Positions 51,954 to 63,904 of a DNA stretch of 64,000 nt are shown in pieces (positions within the stretch are counted from its first letter, which is position 1; each line of letters opens with the position of its first letter). The position numbers and the translations under genes are program-made. A model generated the notes under the pieces. That model searched no databases and was not told the DNA's origin. It saw nothing but the letters and a program-made list of their open reading frames with translations. The DNA comes from Paecilomyces variotii (taxonomy: Eukaryota), in NCBI GenBank assembly GCA_004022145.1, contig RCNU01000001.1. One strand, given 5' to 3'.

Positions 51954-53144
51954 CTACCTCTGTGGAGTCTTATCGCGCCAGTTCGGCATCGTCATCATGT
52001 GCCAGTACCGACTTCCATATGCCGAGTTGGTCTTGTTCTGGGCTGCATTCGCTTTCTTTGCATGTTTTTTAACAGGAGAACTTTGCTGGCTACCTTGAGA
52101 GTTGTCTATTTCAGTGCCAGTTTCACCATGCGTTCTCTCCTTCTTTGGGGATCTCTTGCGACCCCGGCGACCTCGAGCAGTGCCATTGTTTCCTTTCCAA
52201 CTGCCATTAGACTTTCCATGTACCAAGGAAGGACGTTCTCCAGATGCTGACTTCTCCTCAGAAATGCGATTTGTATCTTCAGTGGACGAGCGAGGTCTTA
52301 GATTTCCATTGCCAGAAACATGCATGGGATTCGTAGAAAGGGTATTAGAGGCCTTCACAGGCGCTGAGCCGGGTGAAGTTGTACCTGAATTTGGAAAGCT
52401 TATCACATCTTTCTCGCCGATGCCTATAATCTCCCTGAGGCGTGCAACTGCGGCGTCCATGCTGCTGGTCGACAGCGAACTTTGTCCATGAGAGCGGGTA
52501 CTGACACTTTCAAAACTGAATGCGGTGGTTGGTGAAGAGGACACAGTGGTAGGTAAAGATTTTACAATAAGCAAAGGATCATCATGTCGAGGTACTTCGG
52601 GTCTCGTGGCATATGTTGGGTCAAAGACTGTGGCCTCTGGATTAAGAGCCTCTGCAGTGTCAACGATGCATAACTTGGGATTCGAATTGCAAGAACGATA
52701 AGGTAGACCTCCGGCTGTGCTGTGTGGTAGACTGAGGGCAGATGTAGGTCGGACCTGGTAGCGATGTCGGGCTGGGGAAGGCAGAGCGCCAGGGTACGTT
52801 AAGCAAGACTTTCGATCATCTGTATGGGGACTAGACTTGTCGCTCTCCTCTGAAACACTTCTTTGGATAATGTCCAAGTTCGAACAGCAATGATAACAAA
52901 CAACGTCGTATTCTCCAATTCGAGGTACGGGGACAAGGCTCGCTGGGCCCATCGATTGAAACAACATCGGGTCGCTCCAATTCCAATTTCCAACTTGTAG
53001 CCAAGATGGTAGCTCGTCAAGTGCTACTAAGGGAACAGCAGTATGGTCAGGGCGAATCACAAAGAATCGAGGAAATGGCTGAGTAGGATATGGCATCATT
53101 CCCTGAACTGGAGGGGCAACATCGGTAGGAATATAATACTGCAT
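51954..53144 (-). CDS. Hypothetical protein; N-terminal RFFVIRPD..VPLVALDELP motif, disordered basic C-terminus
   Basis: 396-aa ORF. The motif resembles, from memory, the conserved N-terminal segment of some Pezizomycotina CCCH zinc-finger proteins; no CCCH finger is visible here. Confidence 0.7.
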   Translation of the reverse strand: MQYYIPTDVAPPVQGMMPYPTQPFPRFFVIRPDHTAVPLVALDELPSWLQVGNWNWSDPMLFQSMGPASLVPVPRIGEYDVVCYHCCSNLDIIQRSVSEESDKSSPHTDDRKSCLTYPGALPSPARHRYQVRPTSALSLPHSTAGGLPYRSCNSNPKLCIVDTAEALNPEATVFDPTYATRPEVPRHDDPLLIVKSLPTTVSSSPTTAFSFESVSTRSHGQSSLSTSSMDAAVARLREIIGIGEKDVISFPNSGTTSPGSAPVKASNTLSTNPMHVSGNGNLRPRSSTEDTNRISEEKSASGERPSLVHGKSNGSWKGNNGTARGRRGRKRSPKKERTHGETGTEIDNSQGSQQSSPVKKHAKKANAAQNKTNSAYGSRYWHMMTMPNWRDKTPQR

Positions 53145-53175
53145 TGTGATCCTTGGACGTTGGGCTGCTGTTGCC

Positions 53176-54216
53176 TTAGAACTGGCCAGAAAGGGTATCT
53201 GAGCTGTTGCTCTGACTGTCCTGTTCTATGGACGCGATGCCTTGCCACAACCTTTGTCCACTCGATGAAACAGGCGCAGTTGGAGGTCGCCAAAGTCCTT
53301 CAAATGCCTGTGTACCGCCAGGAGCAAGTAGATGCGGTATACTGGACACCAACTCGTGACTTTGAGGACTAGCAAGTGGAGAAATTGGCTCGTGATAGCC
53401 AAAGAAAGTCAGCCCGTAACCTGCGAGTGGCACTGTATCAAGCTTCTCAGTTGCCAGTGGCACGCCTTCAGGAGACTTCGAAAGAAATGGACTAGGGGCC
53501 TGCGAAGATGAAGGGTCTATTTCTGACTCCTCTTTCGGTGATTCGTTGGTAGAGGACTCCTCTCTCTCGGTAGTAGTTATTGAGAAGTTCGTAACGTCAG
53601 AAACCTTGTCAGGTCTGGATTGTCTGTCCCAGTCACTAGTTTCAAGAACTTCGATGTTTGGGGTTTGAACACCAGAATCTGCCAACTCTGGAGAAACGTC
53701 GACTGCCCAAAAGTTGTAAGTGCACCACCCCTGTGGGAAGACGCGAGAAAGACGCTTCTCTCCACCGCTTTCAATACTTTCGTTTACTTCTCGAAGAAAC
53801 TGTCTAGGCTGGTATGTGTAGGGGACTTCAAAGTCAGGTTCGCGATACTGCCACAAGCCGGGGTCTGAAGGTGATCGTCCTCTGCTGGTATTGAGTGACA
53901 AGGGGTGCTGGATGACCTCCGGACACGATGTTATTTGCTCTGGTTGGTGAAAGAACCACTGATGCTGAGGACTCAACGGTGGGAGAGCTAGCTGGTAAAT
54001 CTGCGTATTTGTCCAGTCAATTAATGCCGGATGGGTAGGGTCTTGCTCCCTGAAATTTCGGACAACGAAGTCTTGACATCCCGGCGGCCTGGGTAGAACA
54101 TCTATGTGCAGATTAAGGGTACGGCCATACCAGACGTTCAAGAGCACCAAGGGTAATATTCTGCCTCTCTCACTGGGCGATATGTAGTTTCTATGGAAGA
54201 CGTTGAATTCAGTCAT
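53176..54216 (-). CDS. Hypothetical protein, Ser/Pro/Glu-rich
   Basis: 346-aa uninterrupted ATG-initiated ORF preceded by a pyrimidine-rich leader on the minus strand; no recognised domain. Confidence 0.6.
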   Translation of the reverse strand: MTEFNVFHRNYISPSERGRILPLVLLNVWYGRTLNLHIDVLPRPPGCQDFVVRNFREQDPTHPALIDWTNTQIYQLALPPLSPQHQWFFHQPEQITSCPEVIQHPLSLNTSRGRSPSDPGLWQYREPDFEVPYTYQPRQFLREVNESIESGGEKRLSRVFPQGWCTYNFWAVDVSPELADSGVQTPNIEVLETSDWDRQSRPDKVSDVTNFSITTTEREESSTNESPKEESEIDPSSSQAPSPFLSKSPEGVPLATEKLDTVPLAGYGLTFFGYHEPISPLASPQSHELVSSIPHLLAPGGTQAFEGLWRPPTAPVSSSGQRLWQGIASIEQDSQSNSSDTLSGQF

Positions 54217-54933
54217 GAAGGGTCACTGGTGAAGATATTCTGGAACGAGTGTAGCAGCTGGACGATTTGGAAGCGATCGAGTAGAGAGCTATCAAGATAA
54301 TTGTTGTAGATGATCTGAGTAGAAAGAATGAAGCCAATATGTGTGTGAGTCTTAGGAGGAAGAAAGTCTTAGGGGGAAGAAAAGTGAAGCTCACTTCTTG
54401 TAAGGAAGAGGTGGCGGGTCATTGCTTCCCAAAAAGGAAGAACACAAATGATGGCACAAAGCCAGTGTAAACATTGTGAAGGAACGCTGCGGGGTGGGTG
54501 CATTTCCCATCCGTTCAGTCTGAATGTTGAAACACTCCAAGCAAGAAGAGCATTCTCTACGATAGCATGGTTAAAGCCAGTTTTGCTGAACGGTCTAGAG
54601 TATCAAGGAACATCGCCTATCATCTTGGTGCAAGTAATTCGCAGAAGCGCAGCCGACAAGACCGACGGCTTCCAATATGACTTCTGACAACACACACACT
54701 AAGCTCGAAGACATCATATGGGAACATGTGGATCTTATACGAGATAAGTGTCTAACAAGACTGCCAATCAACCACACACACAACCAAACTATTTCATTCC
54801 GGGTATCTCTAGTATCCGCAAGTATAAAGAGGCAAGATAAATAAGGTAAATAATACACCAGAGAAGCGCAGGAAGATGACCAAAACAAGACCTCGTGCTA
54901 GAACACAACACCAACCAGCATCCCACTTCACGA

Positions 54934-56163
54934 TCATGAATCAACCAGGGACAGCCAGTCCTGAGCATTGATTCGGTCATTGGGGTCCTTAGAGACAGCT
55001 GGCTTAAGCGTCTTCTCCACAAGTCCGTTCCGAGGAACACGGGAGCCATTCGGCCCTGATCGGACATAGTCGAGCACTCGATGGCCATCCCGCGACATAG
55101 CAAGCCTCTGCATGCTGTTGAGGCCAGGGTATAAGAGCAGATCCCCTGTTGCGACAGCTAGAAGGGTCACAGCAAGTGAGAAAACATCAGATGCCGTCGT
55201 AGAGATCACACCTGGAGACTTCAGTGACGAGACAGAGAGCAACTCAGGGGCCGTAAAGGGAGGCGTCAACGCAGACATCGCCGTCGATGGGCTCTTAAAC
55301 ATGGCGTCTGGCGAGAAAACATGAGAGGAGGAAAAATCGACAAAGATAGGGTCATAAGGGAAACAATCATCGTTGTCATCCTCTTCGTTTTGGCGGGGAC
55401 GGAGCAAGATGTTGTGTGGTTTTATATCTCCGTGAACGACGTGAGCATGATTATGCATCCAGTCGAGACTTTCGATCAGCTTTTTTGAGAGATCCCGCCA
55501 CTGCGAGATTCCCAAGACAGGATCGAACATAGTTCGTGTGGAGAAATTTTGTCGAGCCGTGGAAGCTCTATATTCGATATATGTCGACAGTGCCAAAGGC
55601 ACGGCACTCATAACAATGGAATGGGAGCTGGAAATATAGCCATGGAACTGTATAATATGACGCTCATGACCAGGAGTACGGTTGAGATGGGTTAGTGTCA
55701 GCGCCTCCGCCTGGAGAATGGAATGAGCGTCCCGACGTATAGGTGTTTTCACAGCCAGCACGCGGTTTGCAGTCGCTGGGGATGCTGGCGGCGTTGACCC
55801 GGATGTCTGCGATGACGAACGAGACAGGGCCATGTAAACGACGCTCCATGCGCCACGACCATACTCCATGAGCCTTCCCGATGCATCTCGCCGTAACTCC
55901 AAATCCTGCAGGAACTCCAGAGGGACCGGAAGACGTTTTGAGGAGCGCTCGATCTTTCCAGCTTCCAGGCAGTTGTCGAGTGGTGGAGGCGACTCATATG
56001 GACGAGTGCAACCGTCTACCAACCGTGGAGAACCCTTGACACCTTCATTAGTTGGTGTCCCGGGAGGCGTTAGATGTGATAGTGGTGCATGCTGTGGTAG
56101 TTGCAATTTCCCATCAGGACTGGTTTGCAGCGCTAGCTGGACTGGCGGATGTTTTGCCGCCAT
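54934..56163 (-). CDS. Divergent Ser/Thr protein kinase
   Basis: YGRGAWSVV, LAVK, HGDIKPHNILL, DFS in place of DFG, TAPELL and SDVFSLA. Confidence 0.9.
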   Translation of the reverse strand: MAAKHPPVQLALQTSPDGKLQLPQHAPLSHLTPPGTPTNEGVKGSPRLVDGCTRPYESPPPLDNCLEAGKIERSSKRLPVPLEFLQDLELRRDASGRLMEYGRGAWSVVYMALSRSSSQTSGSTPPASPATANRVLAVKTPIRRDAHSILQAEALTLTHLNRTPGHERHIIQFHGYISSSHSIVMSAVPLALSTYIEYRASTARQNFSTRTMFDPVLGISQWRDLSKKLIESLDWMHNHAHVVHGDIKPHNILLRPRQNEEDDNDDCFPYDPIFVDFSSSHVFSPDAMFKSPSTAMSALTPPFTAPELLSVSSLKSPGVISTTASDVFSLAVTLLAVATGDLLLYPGLNSMQRLAMSRDGHRVLDYVRSGPNGSRVPRNGLVEKTLKPAVSKDPNDRINAQDWLSLVDS

Positions 56164-56577
56164 CGATGGAGCCAAGTATATATTGGCGAAAATAATAATT
56201 AGAGTATTAAAACAATAACCAGAAGAGGACCACAGTGCTCTTTTGTCTCCAGCAAAGCTTCGAATCAAGCAAGGCAGCGATGAAGTAATAGTATGTAGGC
56301 GTCACAGGCAGGCGAATCAACATATGACATAAGAGGCCCGCGGCAGCAATAATTAGTTATTGTATTATATGCCAGTTGGGTTGAAAGAGCGATGCGTCAG
56401 TCAGAATGACACGGCAGGAAACACGGAGAAATGCTCTGAAAGACGACAAACTGCATCGTCTGAAAGTGAAAAGAATTATCGATTTAAATCGAAGGTGGCA
56501 AGCATGCGTTTGCTGGTGTGGGTGAAGTTCGGCGCTGGCGGAGAGGAACCGCCACAGGGTATCCGGATCCAGAACCA

Positions 56578-56794
56578 GATAAGTAGAGACTGGCCAGCTT
56601 TGGCGTAAGCTGGCCGCGCGTAGACGGAGTTATATCGTCAAGCTGGAGAAGAAGAAAAGAGAAAAAAAGCCCTGATGCTCAGTAAATGTGGAAAATCCCC
56701 AGATAAAGCAGGAAAAAAAAAAGGTCGTAAGGAACCAGGGGCACAGATAGGCTGGGCGTTCGTTAGGGCGGAAGCAGAAACCTGGATAGATAAG
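56578..56794 (+). promoter_or_regulatory. Cluster of GATA sites upstream of the kinase gene
   Basis: GATAAG 56578, GATAAA 56702, GATAGG 56746, GATAGA 56785 and GATAAG 56789, all on the same strand within about 220 bp. Confidence 0.4.
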
Positions 56795-59394
56795 TCAAGT
56801 CAGTCGAGACAGCAGGCGCTTTTTGACTTCACCTCGCAAGTCGCTTTCTCTGCTCAACGCATCATCCATCTTCCTCCCTACTGCACTTCTTTTCCCCGCA
56901 ACGCACTCCGTCGTCTCCATCATCTCCATCATCTCCCCTCGCCCATACTTCAATTACGCAGCTTCCTGCTCATCCAGGCACGAGCATATTAAGGCCATTC
57001 CTCGTTCTACTGGCGCCGGGCCGTTGAGAATGCGGGCCTAGACAGCGTGCCAGCAGTCACCAACAAGCATTGGATCGAGCCTCGAATGGACGCCTGGTGG
57101 AACGATGTCACTTGCGTTAAGCCACCAACCCAATCTCCAGCAGAAAAGAGACGAAAAGAGTCGAGAGAAGGCTGAATTGGACCAACGAAGAACATCAATC
57201 ACATCGCGCCCCTCTGCCAAGAGAAGCCGGTTATCTGAATCGAGAAAGCTCGATCCGGCCAGCGAAGCTCGAACTCATCAAAGTTGTCAAACTCATCTCC
57301 GCCCTGTCAGTGCTCTCGAGATCTGCCGGCCATTTCGAGGCGCTAACTAACTATACTCCGTACGTTATTATTCATTCTCGACGATTTTTTTTTTCGCGGC
57401 CGCCCCCACTGATCGTCCGCCGTAAAGGCAGACACCCAATCTGCAGGAATGGACAATACGGCTGATCGTCATTATGCGCTCACGAGACTGGCTTCTCCTG
57501 TTAACTGCTCGACTAAAGAACCTCACCAAAAAACAATCATGACGCGGCCTGCAGTACAGAAAATCCAGGAGGTCATTACGGCGGTAAAATATGGCATGTC
57601 CATCGCCGATGCCAATATACGCCTTATTCGGGGTCGAGCCGACTTGCGGGCCGCGTACCACTCAGTTGGGTTCAAGCTCAGAACAGTTCGAACCTAATAT
57701 GAAAATATCTACTTCGTAGGCGACTGGACCCAGGGTTCTATTGGCCGCGCGGAGTGTCGCCGTCCGCAGTAACCATCCTTGGTTGTGGAACATGAACATG
57801 TAAAGGAAACGTCGATGCGAACTTCCACCTATGCTTTTGTCTGTTTATCTATACCATGATCACCAGGGGTTGAAGCGCCCGCAAAGGCCGGAAAAGCCCT
57901 GAAGACCCTAGCTAATCACCCGTTCCTCTTATCTTCCAGGCGCTAAAACGTTCCTTGGCCATTTGGCGTGCAGCCAAGTGCAGTGATATCACCTGGCCTG
58001 TGCTGAAGCGCAATCTCCGGTAAGTGTCTAGCTTGAGTATAGAGCAGATAGTGACGCCCGAAGGAAGCCCTGCATGAATCCTAAGGGGCAATCCGGCAGT
58101 TAGTTTGGACAGCAGGGCGGAGACTTGACCATCACCATTAATGGCCAAGACCTCAATTTTGCTGGTAGAACGCGCACAGACCCGTCGGCCAGGGACAATT
58201 TCCGTCCGCGCCGTATTTACACCAGACCAAATAGAGACTTTCAATCATAAAAGCGGCCGCACAGTCAAAGTGAACAGGACGTTAATTCGAGACATGGATT
58301 AGTATGAGATTAATTTTAGTTTCTCAACGTGGCGAGAAGTAGAGGCTCCTTGAATATGTGATACATAGTAGTCAGCCCTGGGATCTGAAAACCGTTGAGA
58401 ACTATATGTGGGATAAAGTAGGTCGCCTAATCTGAATGGCCGTCCGGATCTGGACCAGTCCTTTTGAAATGATCTTCTTCGAATCTTTCTGGCGCAGTAC
58501 ACACAAAGCATCGAGGTGCTGTAGGCAGTGAGGCGGCGACCCTTTGGACCTGCATGCATTTGACTATAAACAAGCTTCTCTTGGAAATCCATGCACCTGT
58601 TATCTTGACATTGACGATCCTGTCTGATATCTGCAGCGAATTACCGTTCGATAGGGAGAGCTTTGGCCTTGACCCCGGACGAACCATGTCGCCAATAGAC
58701 CAGGTAAATCAGTGCCCGAAGTATTACTCGGTAGTAAAAGGTACGAAGAGGCCATGTACTGTACGTACCTAGAGAGCGGCGACTTGGCGAAAGAGCCCCT
58801 AGGGCTGATGTATGTACCAGACTACCAGTAGGTTCGTCTTGCTGCCTCCGCACTTGGCAAACAAGTGATCACGATAAGAAACACGGCACGACGGATGATC
58901 TTCTTCTCCCTTCTCTATTCAAAAACCACATGTACTCCGTATTCGCTCGGTTAGTTCCGTTATCTCGCTTATTTGCAATCCGGTCTCTAATTCGAGGGCT
59001 TCTCATATAGTCACATGCGGTCGGTCTGCCGTCTAGATTTTGATAGCGCACCGAAAGGATCCGATATGGAGTTTTCGGGTAAGTATTGTAGATTATGTCT
59101 GGGAGCACTCAATTAATAGCCATTCCGACGTAGATAGAAAATGTGAATGGATCAGCATAGATAAAGATGATGGGAGTACATATAACCATGTCAAGATACC
59201 GGGTTTGGAATAGTATCCTACCTCATACTCATATGGAGACAGAAAGCAGTTCGATACCTCTCCTTGCTGGGTTTGAAAAATCCTACTAGATAGATCGATA
59301 GTGCCAATACTATAGTTACTCCATATAGCATCTGAATGATCGCTAATCACGAATCTCGGATATACTACTACCACCACACCCAACCCCCCATTAT

Positions 59395-60105
59395 TCACCC
59401 ATCTCTCTCAACAAACACCTTCAAATCACCAACCCACCTCTCGAAACACCCTTTCAAAAACCCCCCATACAAATACCTCACCACATAAGCCAACACCCCC
59501 CTCTGCGCCTCCCAAGTCCGAACCTCAATCCATCCTCTCTCTTCCCCATCCAGCTCCTGAATCTCATGCACCCTTTCCGCATACAAGAACCACGATGAAA
59601 CAGCACCTTTGAAGCCACTGCCGTAATCACTAGACCAAACAATCCTCGCAATGCGTCCCCCCACTTCAGAACCAGCGTCTGGAGAAGGGGGCTGGAAATC
59701 CGAAATAACAAGATGTACTTGTGTCGTACGTCCGGGGTTCTTTGGATCCATGAGCACGTGAAACGTCGCTTTTGTACCGGGGTTGAGGATGGGAGATAGA
59801 TTCTTCTTCTTATTTTTATTATTTAAATTGTCGTTATTACCATATTCGTTGCTTTCATCAGGGTGAGATGATGATGATGATGCTGCTGCCGCCGCGTCGC
59901 CTATGCTGGGATCCGATCGCGGCTGCTCCCTGATTGTGACGTGTGGAATGAATGAGTTCCATTCTGACCATGTGGACGTGTCGATTAAAGTATTCCAGAT
60001 TCGTGAGATGGGGGCTTTGATGCGTGTTGAGCTGGAGATGTGGAGAATGACTTTGGATGATGGGATAGTTGGCGCGGGCAGAGATGAGAGATCCCGCTTG
60101 GACAT
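59395..60105 (-). CDS. SRPBCC/START-like (polyketide cyclase-like) protein
   Basis: IKAPISRIWNTLIDTSTWSEWNSF, AERVHEI, TWEAQRGVLA and a C-terminal helix ending DLKVFVE. Confidence 0.82.
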   Translation of the reverse strand: MSKRDLSSLPAPTIPSSKVILHISSSTRIKAPISRIWNTLIDTSTWSEWNSFIPHVTIREQPRSDPSIGDAAAAASSSSSHPDESNEYGNNDNLNNKNKKKNLSPILNPGTKATFHVLMDPKNPGRTTQVHLVISDFQPPSPDAGSEVGGRIARIVWSSDYGSGFKGAVSSWFLYAERVHEIQELDGEERGWIEVRTWEAQRGVLAYVVRYLYGGFLKGCFERWVGDLKVFVERDG

Positions 60106-60559
60106 ATTTGGAGTTTAGTTATTCGGAGAATTGAATTGGATGAGCAATTGAACTACTGACAGGTTCTAATTGTTTATCGTGCATATGGATGGCATTTGGA
60201 TGTATCTGAGTTCTTTTTGGAAGTTGGTTAGATAGTGTTTCAGCTTAGAGTGGGGGTCTGCTCGAGTCATGTCATGTGGACTGTTTAGTTTACTGTCAAT
60301 GTAGCAACAATGGAATGGATTTCACCCCTTCTCATTATTTCAAGCAACGCCTTGGCATTTAAAGATGACAGCAAATATACGGCATCGTTGTAGTATTGTT
60401 GAAAATGGATATATGAATTGTGGAATCGAATGTGTAGAGATACTTATCGTTAATTATAATCTTATCCATTACCAATTAACTAGATAATAACTCCTCAATA
60501 TGTAGCTCATGTCAACACGTCCAAGACAACCGCCTCGTCACCAATCCTCGCTTGAATTC

Positions 60560-62209
60560 TTATTTACCTGCCTTTCCTGGCGCCACGGAATTCTTGTAAT
60601 AGTGAATCACTTTCGTGTTACAGTAGGAAATCAATCCAGCGGTTCCCCATTCTCCACCAATGCCACTCTCCTTGTGGCCGGCAAGGTAACCAAGCGGATG
60701 GGGCTTCTCGAACGAATTAATCCAGATAGCACCAGCCTCGATCTGGTCGGCTATCCGGTGGGCGCGGTCGAGATCGCTAGACCACACTGCACCTCCAAGT
60801 CCAGTGTTGGTGTCGTTTGCGCGTCGAATGGCCTCTTCTTCGGTCTTCCAGGATAGGACGGGAACAATGGGGCCTTGTTTTTTACGTCAGATTCTTTGTG
60901 TTCACTGTAACAGAATGAGGGTGGTAGGAATATTTCTTACCGAACGGCTCCTCCTTCACAATCTTCGAGTCGTCAGGCGGTCTGTCAATAATAGCAGGGT
61001 TGATAACAAAGCCATCCTCGTCCTTTATATCCGCACTTCCAAGAGCAAATCTGTACCCATTGTTATGGGCATCCAAGAAAAACTGCTTGACAATATTATA
61101 CTGCATCTCATTCTGCACCGGTCCTAGCATGTTGCCTGAATCCGGTGCAGACGAACTGACCTTCCATGACTTGACCACGTCAGTCAGCGCTTTCAGGAAT
61201 TCCTGATAGATGTCCTCGTGCACATAGAGTCGCTTACTAGCGACGCAAATTTGTCCGGAATTGAAGAACGAGCCTAGAGCCACTTGCGAAGCGACGTAAG
61301 GAACATCCACATCCGGACAGATGATACTGGCATTATTCCCACCGAGTTCCAGCGTAACGCGCTTGAGGGTCTTCGCTGCTGAGGCCATGATCTTCTTCCC
61401 CGTTGAGATAGATCCAGTAAAGCTGATTTTATCAACATCGGGATGGTCGCACAGTAGCGGCCCCATTTTATCATCACCATTCAGAACCTGGATGACACCC
61501 GGAGGGAAAATGTCTTTCACCATCTCGGTGAATTTCAAGATGCTGTAGGGGGTAAATGGAGAAGGTTTCGTGATGACACAGTTTCCTGTGATTAGAGCAG
61601 CGCCAATCTTCCCCATGGCAAGGACCAGCGGATAGTTCCAGGGACAGATTGCAGCTACGACGCCAATTGGGACGTAGCGAAGAGTCAGTCTCAGTTCATC
61701 ATCCTCATGAGTGACTTTGGCTTCCAGTTCGGGATGGTTCGCTTTAGACGGAGATAATCAGTATTTTGCTTTTCATTCCTGGATATTGGAAATTCACACT
61801 TACAATGAAAGTCCAAAAATCCCACCGCATGGTCCACCTCCAGGGCTCCGAATTGAATCTATATCCAATTTGCATCAGCACATCTACTAACCTCCTCAGC
61901 TTCTAGGTTCGATCGTACCGGTTTACCACCCTCCTGCATAATCAAATGCGCCATCTCATCCTTTCTCGCCAGCAGGGCCTCCTTAGCCCGCGAGAGAAGT
62001 TTTGCCCTCTCACTCCATGGCGTCCGCGACCAAGCCGGATACGCTTTCTTCGCAGCAGCAACTGCTTCGTTCACATCATCTGCAGTCGCAACGGGAACAT
62101 CCCAGAGTGGTTTCTTGGTAGATGGGTCGATTCCGTGGCTGATTTGGGCACTGGAGCGCGTCTCCCCGTTGATGATATTGCTGAAAGTGGAGAAATTGAT
62201 AGATGCCAT
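60560..62209 (-). CDS. Aldehyde dehydrogenase, 4 exons
   Basis: ICPWNYP, KPSPFTP, FTGSISTG, LELGGN, NSGQICVA (catalytic Cys), EEPFG and GHKESGIG. Confidence 0.96.
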
Positions 62210-63904
62210 TGCGGGATGAGAAGAGCACGGCCGTCCCTGATCGTTGAAGACAATTGCTATTTCGGTGTTACAAATTGGTGAGGGGAGATTTTCCTTTCCG
62301 GTTTTACAGTATCCAATGCCTGTCTTCAGTAGTGATGATCCATGAGTCGCACAGTGGCTCAAGGCACGCCAGCATCAGGAACGGGGTGAACAAGAAAAGT
62401 GGAAAGGGGAATCTACCTATAGTAATTAGCCTCTCTGCCCCGCGAGATCTGCGAGCTCTAGCTCGAAGTCGCGACGCGCTGCCCCTCACTATCTTCCTCA
62501 TGAGTTTTCACAACGGAGCCTTATGTGGAGACGGCTGTTCAGCGTAAGTAGAGTCGCTTCACCACAAGACGTGGGACTCGATCCTCTTGATTGTTGAAGT
62601 AGTTAGTTACCTCTTACTGCATTACTAATAACATTGTTTCGACAATCATCTATATTCTCTCAAAAGGAGACTCGAGGTTTCAGTACTGCACCGGTCCTGC
62701 ATGAGGATTCGAAGATCACTCCCCCGAACTGAATAGCCTGAGACGCTGGTGCCTTTACTGAACACTGCATTTCGACAACTGTATACCATAATTAATAATG
62801 GTGTAACTAGGTACTCCAAGTATCTAACTTACTCTCGAGGAGGAGAGAAGGCTCTCCCCAAACCACCCCGCCGATGACATCATAGCTGAATGCCCCACAT
62901 CCATCATCCTCATAGAAGGGATTCTAAATGTACGATATCTTATAGATAGTAGTTATTGCATATTCCAATGGCACTTCTTACAGGGGATTTTGCCGTAAGA
63001 GCATAAATAAGTAACTAAGATCAAAACTAGATATATCAAAGGACAAAAAAAAAAAAACTTAATCATAAAGACATGTTATTTAGACACCCCGTAAATCAGT
63101 GGGGAAACATACATATGGTGCTACCTCTCCAGGATCGGGTTTTTAAGCCTAATTATTCTTTGACAAGGGGTATGTATCTAGGGAATATTATTGAAATTCC
63201 CCTGTACTTGGAAGTATCCAGGTTGTAATGTCCAGACACGAAGTGGGGCATCGTGTACATATATCTATGCGTGTTCTCAAGAAGTAGTATTTAAGACTCG
63301 TGTAGTGGTTTTGGTGCTCCCGGATACACGTTTAGCCGGTCGTCAAATGGGCCAACTGCTCAAACGTTTGGTGTTTGATAATGTGGTATTGCCCCATGAT
63401 AGACGGCTGACGCTGCAGGTTTAGCGGGGTACCGGTCAGGTATCTGTGCATATGATTTACAAAGCAACATACAGAATGCATGGACAACTACAGTATATGG
63501 AAGAAAAAGTATAATGAGAAGTGGGACATGTTCGTTCATATGGCAGGCATTGATTCAAAGGAGTCAAGTGTCCGCAGCTACCTAGGGCCACGCAGCGCTC
63601 ATCCGCATGCTCATCATCGTTTCGTGCTTTTTAGTGAAACTACCCCTGGGCTTCCCCGAGCGCTGTCTCCAAAGGCACGCCAGGAAGCACCAAAATAGAT
63701 AGCGATCTATGGGCTATGTACAGTTCATACCACAGGTAATCTGAACCTGAAAGAAATCTAAGTAGTGGAGAGCCAAGACTAACCCAGTAGCAATTACATG
63801 CAGTAGTCTTCCATCTAGTCCTCGCACGTCAAGTAACTAGAACGCTCTGCCTGCATCTGACGGCCACAGGCACCTGCCAACGGAAAGAAAACCAATCAAC
63901 GAGT

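Noticed and set aside
56300-59100. Telomerase RNA candidate (U-tract plus GCGGCCGC at ~57385-57403 and AAAAGCGGCCGC at ~58249 mimic a pseudoknot)
   Set aside because: I found no ~1.5-repeat TTAGGG-type template on either strand. The U-tract is better explained as lying inside an intron, and GCGGCCGC is simply self-complementary.
63115-63698. Possible small spliced gene (GTATGT 63170, GCTGAC...CAG 63418, 72-aa ORF)
   Set aside because: Splice-like signals exist, but I could not assemble a convincing frame or recognise a product.
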